The position numbers and the translations under genes were made by a program. A stretch of 62,115 bases of DNA from the sequence record DRR378314_172. The stretch is one strand, 5' to 3'. The notes beneath the pieces are model-generated. The model was not told the DNA's origin, did no database searches, and worked only from the letters and a program-made list of their open reading frames with translations. Each line of letters begins with the position of its first letter. The stretch's first letter is position 1. Shown here in pieces: positions 1 through 9,892 of the stretch.

Positions 1-587
1 GCAACTGTCGTCGCACCGGTGTAGGTGTTGTCAGCCTCAAGAACAACGGTACCCTGGCCCGAGACCTCCAGGCCGAGCACGCCCGCGCCTTCTTCCGCCA
101 GCGCCCCCGTAAATCGAGCCTCTTTCCCAGCTGCCACGTCGACATCCAGCAACACCGCTTCAGTGGCTGTGATCACGGCCTCCGAGACGAAATTTGCAAG
201 CATGGTGAAGACCGCATTCGCCTGCAATTTCAGCGTTAAATCGCCTGCAAAGACCGAAATCCCATCTGGACCATCGTAGGCAAGGCCAGCCGCGGCACCA
301 TCCAGTATCAGCGTACCGCCAGACAATTGCGTAGCTGACTGAATATCCAGTGAATTTACCGTGTACTCGGTTACACTACCATCATTGTTGGAGATCTGGA
401 CAGTTGTATCTCCATCCTCTCCGGAGAAAACGACCTCGCCGTCGGCGGCTGGCACCTCGGACGCAGACCAATTGCCCGCCTCGCCCCAGTTTGAAGTACC
501 ATTCTCGTCGGTCCAAGTTTGCGACCCGACAGGATTGGCAGCCAAGCCAGCATAAATAGCGGTGGTTCCGAGCAGAAGAATGCGCAT
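1..587 (-). CDS. Autotransporter/adhesin-like secreted protein with passenger-associated repeat (5' part only; runs off the left edge)
   Basis: Not in the ORF track because it has no stop in the window. Manual translation from ATG 587 gives MRILLLGTTAIYAGLAANPVGSQTWTDENGTSNWGEAGNWS... (signal-peptide-like start) and is open to base 1. It ends ...LEVSGQGTVVLEADNTYTGATTV, matching the autotransporter-associated beta-strand repeat (GxGTLxLxxxNTYTGxTTV). Confidence 0.75.
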   Translation of the reverse strand, partial: MRILLLGTTAIYAGLAANPVGSQTWTDENGTSNWGEAGNWSASEVPAADGEVVFSGEDGDTTVQISNNDGSVTEYTVNSLDIQSATQLSGGTLILDGAAAGLAYDGPDGISVFAGDLTLKLQANAVFTMLANFVSEAVITATEAVLLDVDVAAGKEARFTGALAEEGAGVLGLEVSGQGTVVLEADNTYTGATTV

Positions 588-1065
588 AAAAATACCAGAC
601 GTTAGAAATACTATGTAAAGGCGATTTGTAGCAAGTCGCTTCGCCGATAGCGAGCAACAAAGCAACATAATGAGGTATGTGAACAAAACAATGGTAAAAC
701 TTAACCTTTTATTCACCCTTGCAAGGACGCGTCTTCAAGACGCAAATACCCCTTACGCGACTCAGAGACGCTTTCCTGCGGCGCTCATGGACTTCACGGT
801 CGAAGCCTGCACCTCACCCAGAACCTCCGATTGCTTCCAAAGTCACACACCTACCAGCCAGACCTCACAGCTTCATGATCGTGTGCGAAATGAACCTCGT
901 CGGCGCGTATGTGCCTGTCCCGGCTCCGAAACCCTTGCGCAGGTCGCTACACTCGGTGCAAGACTAGGTATCGATTTCAACCGCGCCGGTGTGCCAGCAA
1001 TTCTATTTTCGTCCGCCATCACGCCGCATTCTCCCAGACTTTGACTATTTGGATGATCGAACCAA

Positions 1066-1695
1066 GTGACTTCCAACCTGAATGAAATACCCCCATTCGC
1101 AGAGCAGCCGCGCGCCGATCAGGAGGAGCAGGACAAAACACAGCCGCCACTTTCTGCGTTGCGCTTTGAAATTCCCTCCGACCTGTATCATAATATGCCT
1201 CAGCTTGGGCGGCTGACGCAGAATCGCCCGCGTGAGAACGAGGATGGATTGTCCTATCTGATGCGATTGCGGGCTTCGACGACACCGGAGGATGCGGTCA
1301 CATTCACTGCCTTCGCAGCCAAACCCAAGATGGCGATTTGGTGGGGGTATGAGTGCCTGCGTCTTGCATCCTACGAACTCAGTCATGACGACCGGCGCAT
1401 GATGGAACTGGTGGCGACCTGGACCACCTATCCGGATGATGAAAACCGCTTTCGCGCGGCGCGAGAGGCGCTCTACGCTGCGGTTCGGAGTCCTGCAGTG
1501 TTCCTCGGGCTCGCCGTGACCTGGTCTGGCGGCACCATCGCCCCCAATGATCCAGCCCCGGTTCCGGATCATCGCGCGCCTCGTGCCATCAATTCTGCTG
1601 TGCTATCATGCCTGAGCGGAGCGCCACTGACGAACCGGCCGGTGCAACTCGCCCGCTTTATTGACCTCGCAGCCCCGCTATTCCGCGCCTTCTAA
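1066..1695 (+). CDS. DUF6931 / Imm5-like T6SS-associated protein
   Basis: 209 aa, GTG start; motifs AIWWGYECL, WTTYPDDENRFRA and LAVTWSGGTIAP resemble the small helical family found in T6SS clusters; first gene of the T6SS run. Confidence 0.6.
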   Translation: MTSNLNEIPPFAEQPRADQEEQDKTQPPLSALRFEIPSDLYHNMPQLGRLTQNRPRENEDGLSYLMRLRASTTPEDAVTFTAFAAKPKMAIWWGYECLRLASYELSHDDRRMMELVATWTTYPDDENRFRAAREALYAAVRSPAVFLGLAVTWSGGTIAPNDPAPVPDHRAPRAINSAVLSCLSGAPLTNRPVQLARFIDLAAPLFRAF

Positions 1696-1770
1696 CCGGC
1701 CCGCCCGAACCAACCGGCCCAACCAAACGCCGAGTATTGCCGTACACATGTATCAAGAACTGCGCCGACT

Positions 1771-3072
1771 ATGACCTTGACTCTGAGACTGGAAAATTTC
1801 GACTTGCTGCAAGACGGCAGCCCAGCCTGGATCACGCTGCAGGGCAATAGTGTCAGCGTAGGGCGGAACCGCTCGATGGACTGGGTTCTGCCGGATACAT
1901 CTCGCCATGTCTCCGGGCATCATTTTGACGTACGCTACCATGATGGCGCCTATTGGCTAACCGATGCCTCGACAAATGGGACCTTCATGCAGGGCCAGCA
2001 CCATCGGATACAGGGGCCACTGCAACTGCGAGGGGGCGAACGCCTCATTGTTGGGCACTACATCATTTCCGTCGATGCAGGGATGCCCGCCGCACAGGCT
2101 GCACCACGACCTCCGGTCAGCCAAGGGAGTGGCTATCAGGATGATGCCGACCCTTGGGATCTCGGTATGCAGCCGCAAGACCCGGTGAACCCCATTCCTC
2201 AGGCTCCAGCAAATGCGCGCGCATTTGATGACGTAGCTCAGGAATTCCTGCAACTCTCCCCGCAAATGCCCTCCCCGTCCAGGACACCGGCAGCAGCGCC
2301 AGAGGCTGCGCCACCTCCACCAGCGCCCGAAGCCCCCGCCGGACAGCCACCGATTGCTCCAGTTCCGATGCCGTCACCGGCTTCGCCGACACCGGCACCA
2401 GCACCGCAACCAGCGGCGTCTCCTCCTCCGATGCCCACCTCGGCATCAGCGCCTGCGATGCAACAGCAGCCCCAGGCGCCGGATCGGACTGCAGACATCC
2501 TGCGCGCCTTTTGCGAAGGCGCCGGATTGGACCCCAATCTGGCACGTACATCGGATCCGGAGAAGCTTGCCCATGCGCTGGGACAGGCCACATCTTCGGC
2601 CGCGACCGAAGTGATGCGCATGCTGCAGGACCGTGCCAGCGTCAAACAGTTCACCAAAGGCGGCGAGCGCACGATGCGCAACGCCCACGGCAACAATCCG
2701 ATGAAGTTTCTACCCGACGCGCCACAGGCAATGGAAACCATGTTCCTAGCGCCGCGCGAAGGGTTCATGGAAGGCCCGGAAAGCTTTGCCACCGCACTTG
2801 CAGATCTGCGCAGCCATCAGCAGGCCGTCTTTGCAGCACTGCAACCAGCGCTAGCCGCGGTTCTTGATGGGCTGTCGCCAGAAGAAATCGAATCGTCCGA
2901 GGAAGGCCGCGCGCTGCTGACTGGTGGGCGACGTGGGAAACTTTGGGAGAATTACGTTGCGCGCTGGGACAAAAAGGCTTCAGAAACTCAACATGGCATG
3001 CTGGACGTCTTCCTGAAGGCGTTTGCACAGGCCTACGCGGATGCGGCCGCCCAACATGGGAAATTTGACTGA
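1771..3072 (+). CDS. tagH: T6SS FHA-domain protein TagH/Fha
   Basis: N-terminal FHA domain (VGR...DWVLPD..RHVSGHH...DASTNGTF), Pro-rich linker, C-terminal NNPMKFLP...HQQAVFAA...LWENY...FAQAY region typical of TagH. Confidence 0.9.
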   Translation: MTLTLRLENFDLLQDGSPAWITLQGNSVSVGRNRSMDWVLPDTSRHVSGHHFDVRYHDGAYWLTDASTNGTFMQGQHHRIQGPLQLRGGERLIVGHYIISVDAGMPAAQAAPRPPVSQGSGYQDDADPWDLGMQPQDPVNPIPQAPANARAFDDVAQEFLQLSPQMPSPSRTPAAAPEAAPPPPAPEAPAGQPPIAPVPMPSPASPTPAPAPQPAASPPPMPTSASAPAMQQQPQAPDRTADILRAFCEGAGLDPNLARTSDPEKLAHALGQATSSAATEVMRMLQDRASVKQFTKGGERTMRNAHGNNPMKFLPDAPQAMETMFLAPREGFMEGPESFATALADLRSHQQAVFAALQPALAAVLDGLSPEEIESSEEGRALLTGGRRGKLWENYVARWDKKASETQHGMLDVFLKAFAQAYADAAAQHGKFD

Positions 3073-3166
3073 ACCGTCACCCTTGACGACAATTCATAGT
3101 TGATTACCTTCAGCCGAGGAATTTCCAAATCTAACCCTGGGTTGTAAGAATATATAGGATTGCCTG

Positions 3167-4528
3167 ATGCGCACCATCGCGCGCGCCGCCCCATTGTCAG
3201 ACGACTTACCTTGTGGACCGGATCTGAACGCCAGTTTTGATCCGGCCTATGAAGAGTATTATTTTGGCGCTCTTGGGCGGTTGCCCGGATTTTACATGCA
3301 ACCCGGTGTCGAGCGCCCTGATGGAAGCCGCTCGCCCGACCGGCTGTTTGATCCGAAGGATGTGGAGCACCGTTCCGAAACCCAACAGATCGACGCGCTT
3401 CTTGAACGCAGCAGAGACCTGCGGCTGCTTGTGCTGCAGGCGCAGTGGGACGCGCTGGCCGGGAATCGCCGGGCCCTGCGCGATACGATCGAGGTCATGG
3501 CAACGCTTCTGGAAAGCTATCCTGACGCGGTGCATCCGATGCTGGAGGACGGGCCATCCGAACGCCGCGATGCGGTGAACGATCTCAATCAGGCCGTGAC
3601 CATCGTACAGCCGCTGATGTTCATGGGGCTGACCGGCACAACCGAGGTGACCCTGCGCAAGCTCCGCGTCGCCAAGGGGGAAAGCGCCCCGCTTGAGCAC
3701 GAGGCCGATCTCGACTTCAAACCGCTGCTGGACGGGCTTACCAATCCAGCCAACAGCAAAAAAGTCGAAGAGGCACATCAAGACTTTTCTGACATGCTGA
3801 ATGCTGCAAACCGCATTCAGGCTGCATGCTCCGGCCATCCAACCGGACCGTTTCAGCCAAACCTGGAACAGCTGCGCCGCGTCCTGAACGATATCTTGGA
3901 GGCGATGAGCTCTGCCCGGCCGGATCTGGTCACAGCGGTCGCAACTGTGCCTGCAGCGTCGCCTCAGAGCGATGCGCCAAAACCTGATCTTCAGGCTCCG
4001 CCGATGCTTGCGACGGCACGCAGCGCGACCTCTGAGCAACCGCGCACGGCGGTCAAGATCCTGAGCCAATTGCATGCACGCCGCGTGCTGGAGGCCTGCG
4101 AACTATACTATCGCAAGGCTGAACCTTCGTCAGCGGCACTGCTGCTGGTCACCCAGGCCCGCCTGCTGATCGGCAAACCCCTAATCGACGCGCTCAATGC
4201 CCTGTTGCCGACGCAAGCAGCCTCGGCCGTGGTGGACTTTGGTGCCCCCAGTGGCTTTCTGCTCGGTGCGGATCGCCTTGCCGAACTGAGCAATGCGATG
4301 CCAGAGGACTCTAACGTTCCGCCGGAACTGCCGCAGGATCCCGGTCCCGACCCAAAGGTTGCCACCGCTGCTCAGGCTGCGCAGGCGCTACAGTCGGTCG
4401 AGGCCTATTTCCTGCAGACTGAACGGTCCAGCCCGGTGCCGATGCTCCTACAACGAGCTCAAAGCTATCTGGATAAAGACTTTCAATCCCTGATTGAGGA
4501 ACTTATACCTCAAGTTAATACAGCTTAA
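3167..4528 (+). CDS. tssA: T6SS protein TssA (ImpA family)
   Basis: ImpA N-terminal motifs (PLSDDLPCGPDL; LLERSRDLRLLV; YPDAVHPML) and C-terminal E(P/R)SS(A/P) helical segments; directly upstream of tssB. Confidence 0.85.
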   Translation: MRTIARAAPLSDDLPCGPDLNASFDPAYEEYYFGALGRLPGFYMQPGVERPDGSRSPDRLFDPKDVEHRSETQQIDALLERSRDLRLLVLQAQWDALAGNRRALRDTIEVMATLLESYPDAVHPMLEDGPSERRDAVNDLNQAVTIVQPLMFMGLTGTTEVTLRKLRVAKGESAPLEHEADLDFKPLLDGLTNPANSKKVEEAHQDFSDMLNAANRIQAACSGHPTGPFQPNLEQLRRVLNDILEAMSSARPDLVTAVATVPAASPQSDAPKPDLQAPPMLATARSATSEQPRTAVKILSQLHARRVLEACELYYRKAEPSSAALLLVTQARLLIGKPLIDALNALLPTQAASAVVDFGAPSGFLLGADRLAELSNAMPEDSNVPPELPQDPGPDPKVATAAQAAQALQSVEAYFLQTERSSPVPMLLQRAQSYLDKDFQSLIEELIPQVNTA

Positions 4529-4636
4529 GATGGCAAAAGCTGAATATATATTTGTGAAGACCCCAATTCGCCCCAAAGGGCAAACAACAACCTCTGGCCC
4601 TATTTAAAGAGCCGCACGTAACGGGAGTTAGCAATA

Positions 4637-5161
4637 ATGGCCTCAGATTCAGGTTCCAGCTTCATCAAACGCAATCGTCCGCCGCGCGTGCAGATCCAGT
4701 ACGAAGATCCGTTCGACAGCGAACAAATGGTTGAATTGCCGTTTGTGATGGGGGTCATGTCGGATCTGTCCGGCAATACACCCGGCGTCGAGAAGGCGCC
4801 CGTGGAAGAGCGCGCCTTCGCGGATGTGACAAAAGACACCGTTGACGACTTCATGTCATCCCTGCAGCCCGGCATGACTTTCATGGCCGAAAATCGCCTC
4901 AGCGGCGAAGGCAAGGAAAAGCTCGGCGTTGATCTGAAGTTCGAAAGCCTTGCGGATCTGGAACCGGCAGCGATCGCGCGTCAGGTCCCGGCGCTCAAGA
5001 AATTGCTGGAAGCACGCGAACAGCTGGCCAACCTGCAGCGTTACATGGCGTCAAAGCCAAAAGCGCAAGACCATCTCAAGAAACTGCTGGACGACCCGGA
5101 GCTGATGGCAGCCCTGGCGGAACGTGCGGCGCAGGATGAAACCGACGGCGAGGACGCCTGA
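4637..5161 (+). CDS. tssB: T6SS contractile sheath small subunit TssB
   Basis: RNRPPRVQIQYE, ELPFVMGVMSDLSG and IARQVPALKKLLEAREQL signatures. Confidence 0.96.
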   Translation: MASDSGSSFIKRNRPPRVQIQYEDPFDSEQMVELPFVMGVMSDLSGNTPGVEKAPVEERAFADVTKDTVDDFMSSLQPGMTFMAENRLSGEGKEKLGVDLKFESLADLEPAAIARQVPALKKLLEAREQLANLQRYMASKPKAQDHLKKLLDDPELMAALAERAAQDETDGEDA

Positions 5162-5198
5162 GCGCCACGACGCGTTTGGACAGGGACAGGTGAGAGAC

Positions 5199-6692
5199 AT
5201 GGACAACGAAGCACAGGTGCAGGCGGGCGAAACCGCGGCGGAGCTGGACGAACTGTCGGAGTTTTCCGACATTCTGAAGCAGACGATCAAACCGCGTAGC
5301 GATATCGCTGCGCAAGAAGTCGATAACGCCGTAGTGGCGCTGGTCCGCGAAGCGATGGACGATCAATCCGTCGTTGCCGAGGATATGATCGACACGGTGG
5401 ATGCGATGCTGGCAAAGCTGGACAAGAAATTGTCCGACCAGATGAACGCGATCCTCCACAACGAAGAATTCCAGCAGTTCGAAGCTAGCTGGCGCGGATT
5501 GGCCTATACGCTCAACAACGCGGAAACCGACGCGTCGCTGCGGGTAAAGGTACTGAACGTCTCCAAGAAAGAGCTGCAGGGAATGATGCGGCGCTTTCCG
5601 GGCGCTAAGTGGGACAAGTCTCCCCTGTTCAACATCGTTTATGAACAGAACCTCGGCACGCTCGGCGGCAAACCTTTTGGCTGCCTGATCGGCGACTATC
5701 ACTTCGATCATTCTTCGCCGGACGTGAACCTGCTGAACTCTATCGGCAAGATTTCCGAAGCGTCTCTGGCGCCCTTCATCTCTGCCGCGTCTCCGAACCT
5801 CTTGGGTTTGGATGACTGGAATGAGATCGCAGCTCCGCCGGATCTTTCCGAGATTTTCGAAACACCAGAATATGCGCAGTGGAACAGCCTGCGCGACAGC
5901 GAGAATTCCCGCTTTGTCGCCCTGACTCTGCCCCGCGTCCTCTCGCGTGAACCCTACAGCCAGAATTCCAATTCCGTGGTTGAAGAGTTCAACTTCGAAG
6001 AGGAAACCGACGGTCATGCAGGCGCGCAATATGCCTGGATGAACTCCGCTCATGCCATGGCGGCGAACATCAACCGCGCCTTCAAAGAGCATGGCTGGAC
6101 CGTCCGAATCCGCGGCGTCACCTCCGGTGGTGAAGTCGCAAACCTGCCGACCCATGTGTTCGACACCGGTGACGGCGCGAAAGATCTGAAGTGCCCGACC
6201 GAAGTGTCGATCACCGACCGCCGCGAAGGCGAGCTGAGCAAGGCGGGTCTGATCGGCCTCATTCACCGCCAGCACACCGATAAGGCCGCCTTCATCGGCG
6301 CCCAGAGCCTCTATCGGCCCAAAACCTATGTGGATGACCAGGCGACCGCATCGGACAACATGTCCTCGCGGATCCCCTACATCTTTGCCGTGTCGCGTTT
6401 CAGCCATTACCTGAAGGCGATGGTGCGCGACAAAATCGGTCAAAGCCCGGACGTGTCGCAGCTGCAGCGCGATCTGCAGGCCTGGGTCAACAAATACGTC
6501 TCCGGGAACCCGGAGAGCGCCAGCGAGATGGAAAAGGCCAAGAAGCCGCTCGCCGGTGCAAAGGTCGAAGTTGTCGAGGACGAACTGAACCCCGGCTATT
6601 ATCAGGGCAAGTTCTTTCTCAAACCGCATTTTCAGATGGAAGGCATGGATATCGGCATGAGCCTTGTGTCGAAACTGCCATCTGGAAAGTAA
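5199..6692 (+). CDS. tssC: T6SS contractile sheath large subunit TssC
   Basis: QMNAILHNEEFQQFEASWRGL, LPRVLSREPY, IRGVTSGGEV, CPTEVSITDRRE, SRFSHYLKAMVRDKIG, LKPHFQ; start set at ATG 5199 after the tssB stop. Confidence 0.96.
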   Translation: MDNEAQVQAGETAAELDELSEFSDILKQTIKPRSDIAAQEVDNAVVALVREAMDDQSVVAEDMIDTVDAMLAKLDKKLSDQMNAILHNEEFQQFEASWRGLAYTLNNAETDASLRVKVLNVSKKELQGMMRRFPGAKWDKSPLFNIVYEQNLGTLGGKPFGCLIGDYHFDHSSPDVNLLNSIGKISEASLAPFISAASPNLLGLDDWNEIAAPPDLSEIFETPEYAQWNSLRDSENSRFVALTLPRVLSREPYSQNSNSVVEEFNFEEETDGHAGAQYAWMNSAHAMAANINRAFKEHGWTVRIRGVTSGGEVANLPTHVFDTGDGAKDLKCPTEVSITDRREGELSKAGLIGLIHRQHTDKAAFIGAQSLYRPKTYVDDQATASDNMSSRIPYIFAVSRFSHYLKAMVRDKIGQSPDVSQLQRDLQAWVNKYVSGNPESASEMEKAKKPLAGAKVEVVEDELNPGYYQGKFFLKPHFQMEGMDIGMSLVSKLPSGK

Positions 6693-6741
6693 TTCGTTTT
6701 CCCCCCGGAAAGCGATGTGTAGCGCCTAAAGGAGTTATTTC

Positions 6742-7239
6742 ATGGCGATTGATTGTTTTTTGAAACTTGATAACGGCATCGTTGGCGAATGCCAGGATGA
6801 TAAACACAAGGATTGGATCGACATCCTGTCCTGGGGCTGGTCGCTGTCTCAGTCCGGCACCACCCACACCGGTGGCGGCGGCGGCGGCGGTAAAGTCGAC
6901 GTTCAGGACATTCAGGTCACCAAATACGTGGACAAAGCAACCCACGACCTGATCAAGCGTTGCTGCTCCGGTGAGCACATCAAATCCGGTCAGCTGGTTG
7001 TTCGTAAATCCGGCGGCACCGCTCCGGTCGACTACCTGAAGATCGACTTTGAAGACGTGATGATCACCACCTACCAAACCGGTGGCAGCAAGGATGGCCT
7101 GGACCGCGTTCAGGAAACTCTGACGCTGAACTTCCGTCGCTTCCAGGTGACCTACACCTTCCAGGAACAGACCGGTGCCGCAGGCCCGGAAAGCCTGGCT
7201 GGCTGGGAAATCGCCGAGAACAAGGAATGGGGCAAGTAA
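6742..7239 (+). CDS. hcp: T6SS tube protein Hcp (TssD)
   Basis: GECQDDKHKDWIDILSWGW, GGGGGGKVDVQD, ETLTLNF; RBS AAGGAG upstream. Confidence 0.96.
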   Translation: MAIDCFLKLDNGIVGECQDDKHKDWIDILSWGWSLSQSGTTHTGGGGGGGKVDVQDIQVTKYVDKATHDLIKRCCSGEHIKSGQLVVRKSGGTAPVDYLKIDFEDVMITTYQTGGSKDGLDRVQETLTLNFRRFQVTYTFQEQTGAAGPESLAGWEIAENKEWGK

Positions 7240-7268
7240 GACCAGCCCCACTGGTTCGATATATCCCC

Positions 7269-7293
7269 GAGAAGGCCGTCCTGCGGCCTTCTC
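7269..7293 (+). terminator. Stem-loop after hcp (possible terminator or mRNA-stabilising hairpin)
   Basis: GAGAAGGCCG-tcctg-CGGCCTTCTC inverted repeat 30 nt after the hcp stop, followed by a pyrimidine-rich tail without a clear U-run. Confidence 0.5.
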
Positions 7294-7373
7294 CCTTCTC
7301 AGCGCAACGGCCCGCGCTTTAAACCGGGGTCGTATCTCTACCTAATTTTCAGTCCGGTGCAGAAGGTGCAGAC

Positions 7374-7967
7374 ATGCGGCGCGGCGAAGCGGACAATTCT
7401 GAAACCGGTGACCTCCGCTGGCAAACTGGCCGCAAGGCCAAGACCTCCATTCTACAGGTGTTCCGCGCCTCTCACAGCGACCGCGACGCCCATCGTCGGC
7501 GCGAGATTTCCGGTGATGGCACCGCGCAGTTGACCTCTGCACGCAAGCAACGTCGGTTTGGCGTCTCCGAGAACGAATTGCGCCAACATCTCGAAGCGGA
7601 TCTGGCCGCACTCCTCAACACCATCCATTTGGAGGCGGTCTCGTCCCTAGAGGATGCACCACATGTGGCAAATTCCATTTTGAACTACGGGTTTCGTGAT
7701 CTCAGCGGCATGGGCAAGGTCGCGCTCAACACCCCTGCCGTTGTGGACACGTTGCGGCAATCTCTGATCCGGTTTGAACCGCGCCTCATTGCCGACAGTC
7801 TCGATGTGCAGATCCGCGACACCAGTGGCGGGAAAAACCATCATCTGGCGATCTTTGTCAGCGCCGAACTGCTGGGCGATCCTGTCGATGTGCCACTTGA
7901 TTTCGATGCCGAAATTGATCTCGGCGCCGGCAAGATGTCCCTGTCCAACCTGCGGGTGAACGCATGA
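7374..7967 (+). CDS. tssE: T6SS baseplate subunit TssE (gp25-like)
   Basis: DLAALLNT...SILNYGFRDLS...FEPRL motifs; stop overlaps the tssF start (ATGA). Confidence 0.9.
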   Translation: MRRGEADNSETGDLRWQTGRKAKTSILQVFRASHSDRDAHRRREISGDGTAQLTSARKQRRFGVSENELRQHLEADLAALLNTIHLEAVSSLEDAPHVANSILNYGFRDLSGMGKVALNTPAVVDTLRQSLIRFEPRLIADSLDVQIRDTSGGKNHHLAIFVSAELLGDPVDVPLDFDAEIDLGAGKMSLSNLRVNA

Positions 7968-9892
7968 GACGAGCGCTCCGCGATGCCTATAACCAAGAGC
8001 TTGGCCTGCTGAAGGAACGCGCGGCAGAATTTGCCGGCGAATATCCGGGCCTTGCGGACCGGCTTGGTGGGTTGCTTGAAGAAAACATGGACCCTGCCGT
8101 TGCAGGGCTGCTGGAAGGGTCGGCGTTCCTGTCCGCACAGGTCAAGGTCAAGATGGCCGAGGAGTACCAGACCTTTACGCGTGAACTGCTGGAGCAGATC
8201 TTTCCCGATGCACTGGCTCCGACCCCCAGTGTGATGCTGGTCAAGGCCCATGCGCCAGTAGACAGTCCAGAAATCGAAACCGGCCTGTCCTTCACCGCGG
8301 GTGAATACATGGACGCCCGGTTTCTTGATGCCCAGCAGCGCGTCTCCTGCCGCTTTTCACTCGCCGCCCCTCTCACGGTCTGGCCCATAGGCATCACCGA
8401 AGCCGCCTATCATGCCAGCGCCGGCCCGATCAGCGCCCTGGGTCAGGAAATCGCCAGCGGCACCAAGGCCGGTCTGGTGGCGGATGTCTCCCGCCTTGAC
8501 AAGAATGGGGTGCCAAGCCTCAGCGACAGCCTCAACACGCTCGAAATGGACAGTCTGACACTGCATTTCACCGCCCCGATGGATGAAGCGGCTGTGCTCT
8601 ATGAGCAGGTCTTCTGTGATTGCACACGGGTGTCGCTGCGCTGGCTCAACGCGCAGGGAGATCCGGTATTCGCGCGGCTTTCACCAAATCAGATTCACAA
8701 GATCGGCTTTGGCGATGGGGAACAGTTGTTCCCCCATCAAAAACGCCTGTTCGATGGTTTTGCCCGGCTGCGCGAATTTTTCGTCTTCCCCCGCAAGTTT
8801 CTCGGCCTGCGCCTGAGCGGTCTTGGGAACATTCTGCCGCATGTACGCAGCAACACGGTGCAGCTGGTGTTTGAATTCTCCAGCGCACGCCAACGACTGG
8901 CCGCCAGCCTTGATCCGCAGGATCTCGCAGTGAACGTGGCCCCGACTGTGAACCTCTTTGAGGAAATGTCCAGCCATCTGCATCTCGACCGCAAGCGGCA
9001 TGAATACACCATCACACCAAACTCAAGCCCGATCACCCATTACGAGGTGCATCACGTCACGGAGGTCTGGGCGCACTACACCGACCGGCAGAGCAAATCC
9101 GAAGTCTACCCGCTCTATGCACTGCCGCCAGAAGGCAAGAACGCACGGCAGACGTTGTATTTCACCACGCGGCGCAAACCACGCCGTCGCACATTGGCAG
9201 AACAGCGCAAGGGCATTCCCCGCAACCTCTATCGCGGCACTGAAACCCTGATCAGCCTCTACCAGCCCTCAGAACACGACAGCGTCACTCGGCTGCAGGT
9301 AAAACTCCTGTGCTCCAATCGCCATTTGCCGGAATACCTGCCGATTGCCGAGAGCACCGAAAGCTTTCACCTCTGTGACGATCAGACCGTCTCCCTGACC
9401 TGCCTCGCGGGACCGACGCCGCCGCGCGACAGCCTTGCGGATCGCGAAACCAACGCCAATCACCGCACGTCGGCGGGCGACACCTATTGGCGTCTGCTGT
9501 CTTATCTTTCGCTTGGCACCTCCGGTCTGCAAAGCCCGGAAGGCGGCATGTCGGCGGCCTCTCTGCGGGAAATGCTGTCGCTGTTTGCAGACCTGTCCGA
9601 CACCGTCAGCGAGGCTCAGATCAGCGGCATTCGTCAACTCGATTGCACTCCGGTGACCCGAACCGTTGCCGCACCCGACGGCTATCACACAGCCCGCGGT
9701 TTGCTGATCCGGGTGACCTTTGACGAGACCGAGTTTGAAAGCACAGGCATCGTTCCCCTTGGCGCGGTTCTGGATCAGTTTTTTGCCGAATACGCCGCGG
9801 TCAATAGTTTCACTCAAACCGTGATCCACAGCCAGCAGCGAGGGGAGATCACCCGCTTCGCTCCCAGATCCGGCGCAGGGGCACTGCTGTGA
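7964..9892 (+). CDS. tssF: T6SS baseplate subunit TssF
   Basis: YNQELGLLKERAAEFAGEYPGLADRL, DPAVAGLLEGSAFL, LREFFVFPRKF, LCSNRHLP, FFAEYAAVNSF. Confidence 0.95.
   Translation: MRRALRDAYNQELGLLKERAAEFAGEYPGLADRLGGLLEENMDPAVAGLLEGSAFLSAQVKVKMAEEYQTFTRELLEQIFPDALAPTPSVMLVKAHAPVDSPEIETGLSFTAGEYMDARFLDAQQRVSCRFSLAAPLTVWPIGITEAAYHASAGPISALGQEIASGTKAGLVADVSRLDKNGVPSLSDSLNTLEMDSLTLHFTAPMDEAAVLYEQVFCDCTRVSLRWLNAQGDPVFARLSPNQIHKIGFGDGEQLFPHQKRLFDGFARLREFFVFPRKFLGLRLSGLGNILPHVRSNTVQLVFEFSSARQRLAASLDPQDLAVNVAPTVNLFEEMSSHLHLDRKRHEYTITPNSSPITHYEVHHVTEVWAHYTDRQSKSEVYPLYALPPEGKNARQTLYFTTRRKPRRRTLAEQRKGIPRNLYRGTETLISLYQPSEHDSVTRLQVKLLCSNRHLPEYLPIAESTESFHLCDDQTVSLTCLAGPTPPRDSLADRETNANHRTSAGDTYWRLLSYLSLGTSGLQSPEGGMSAASLREMLSLFADLSDTVSEAQISGIRQLDCTPVTRTVAAPDGYHTARGLLIRVTFDETEFESTGIVPLGAVLDQFFAEYAAVNSFTQTVIHSQQRGEITRFAPRSGAGALL

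Noticed and set aside
670-1044. 124-aa ORF in the autotransporter/T6SS intergenic region
   Set aside because: No recognisable motif and atypical composition; probably promoter DNA.
2260-2480. Repetitive Pro/Ala-coding DNA in tagH
   Set aside because: Ordinary low-complexity linker of TagH, not a DNA repeat array.
4514-4528. GTTAA-N6-TTAA at the end of tssA as a CtrA site
   Set aside because: Spacer is 6 rather than 7 nt and the site lies in coding sequence.
5076-6629. 517-aa minus-strand ORF
   Set aside because: Antisense shadow of tssC, expected from high-GC codon bias; no recognisable motifs.
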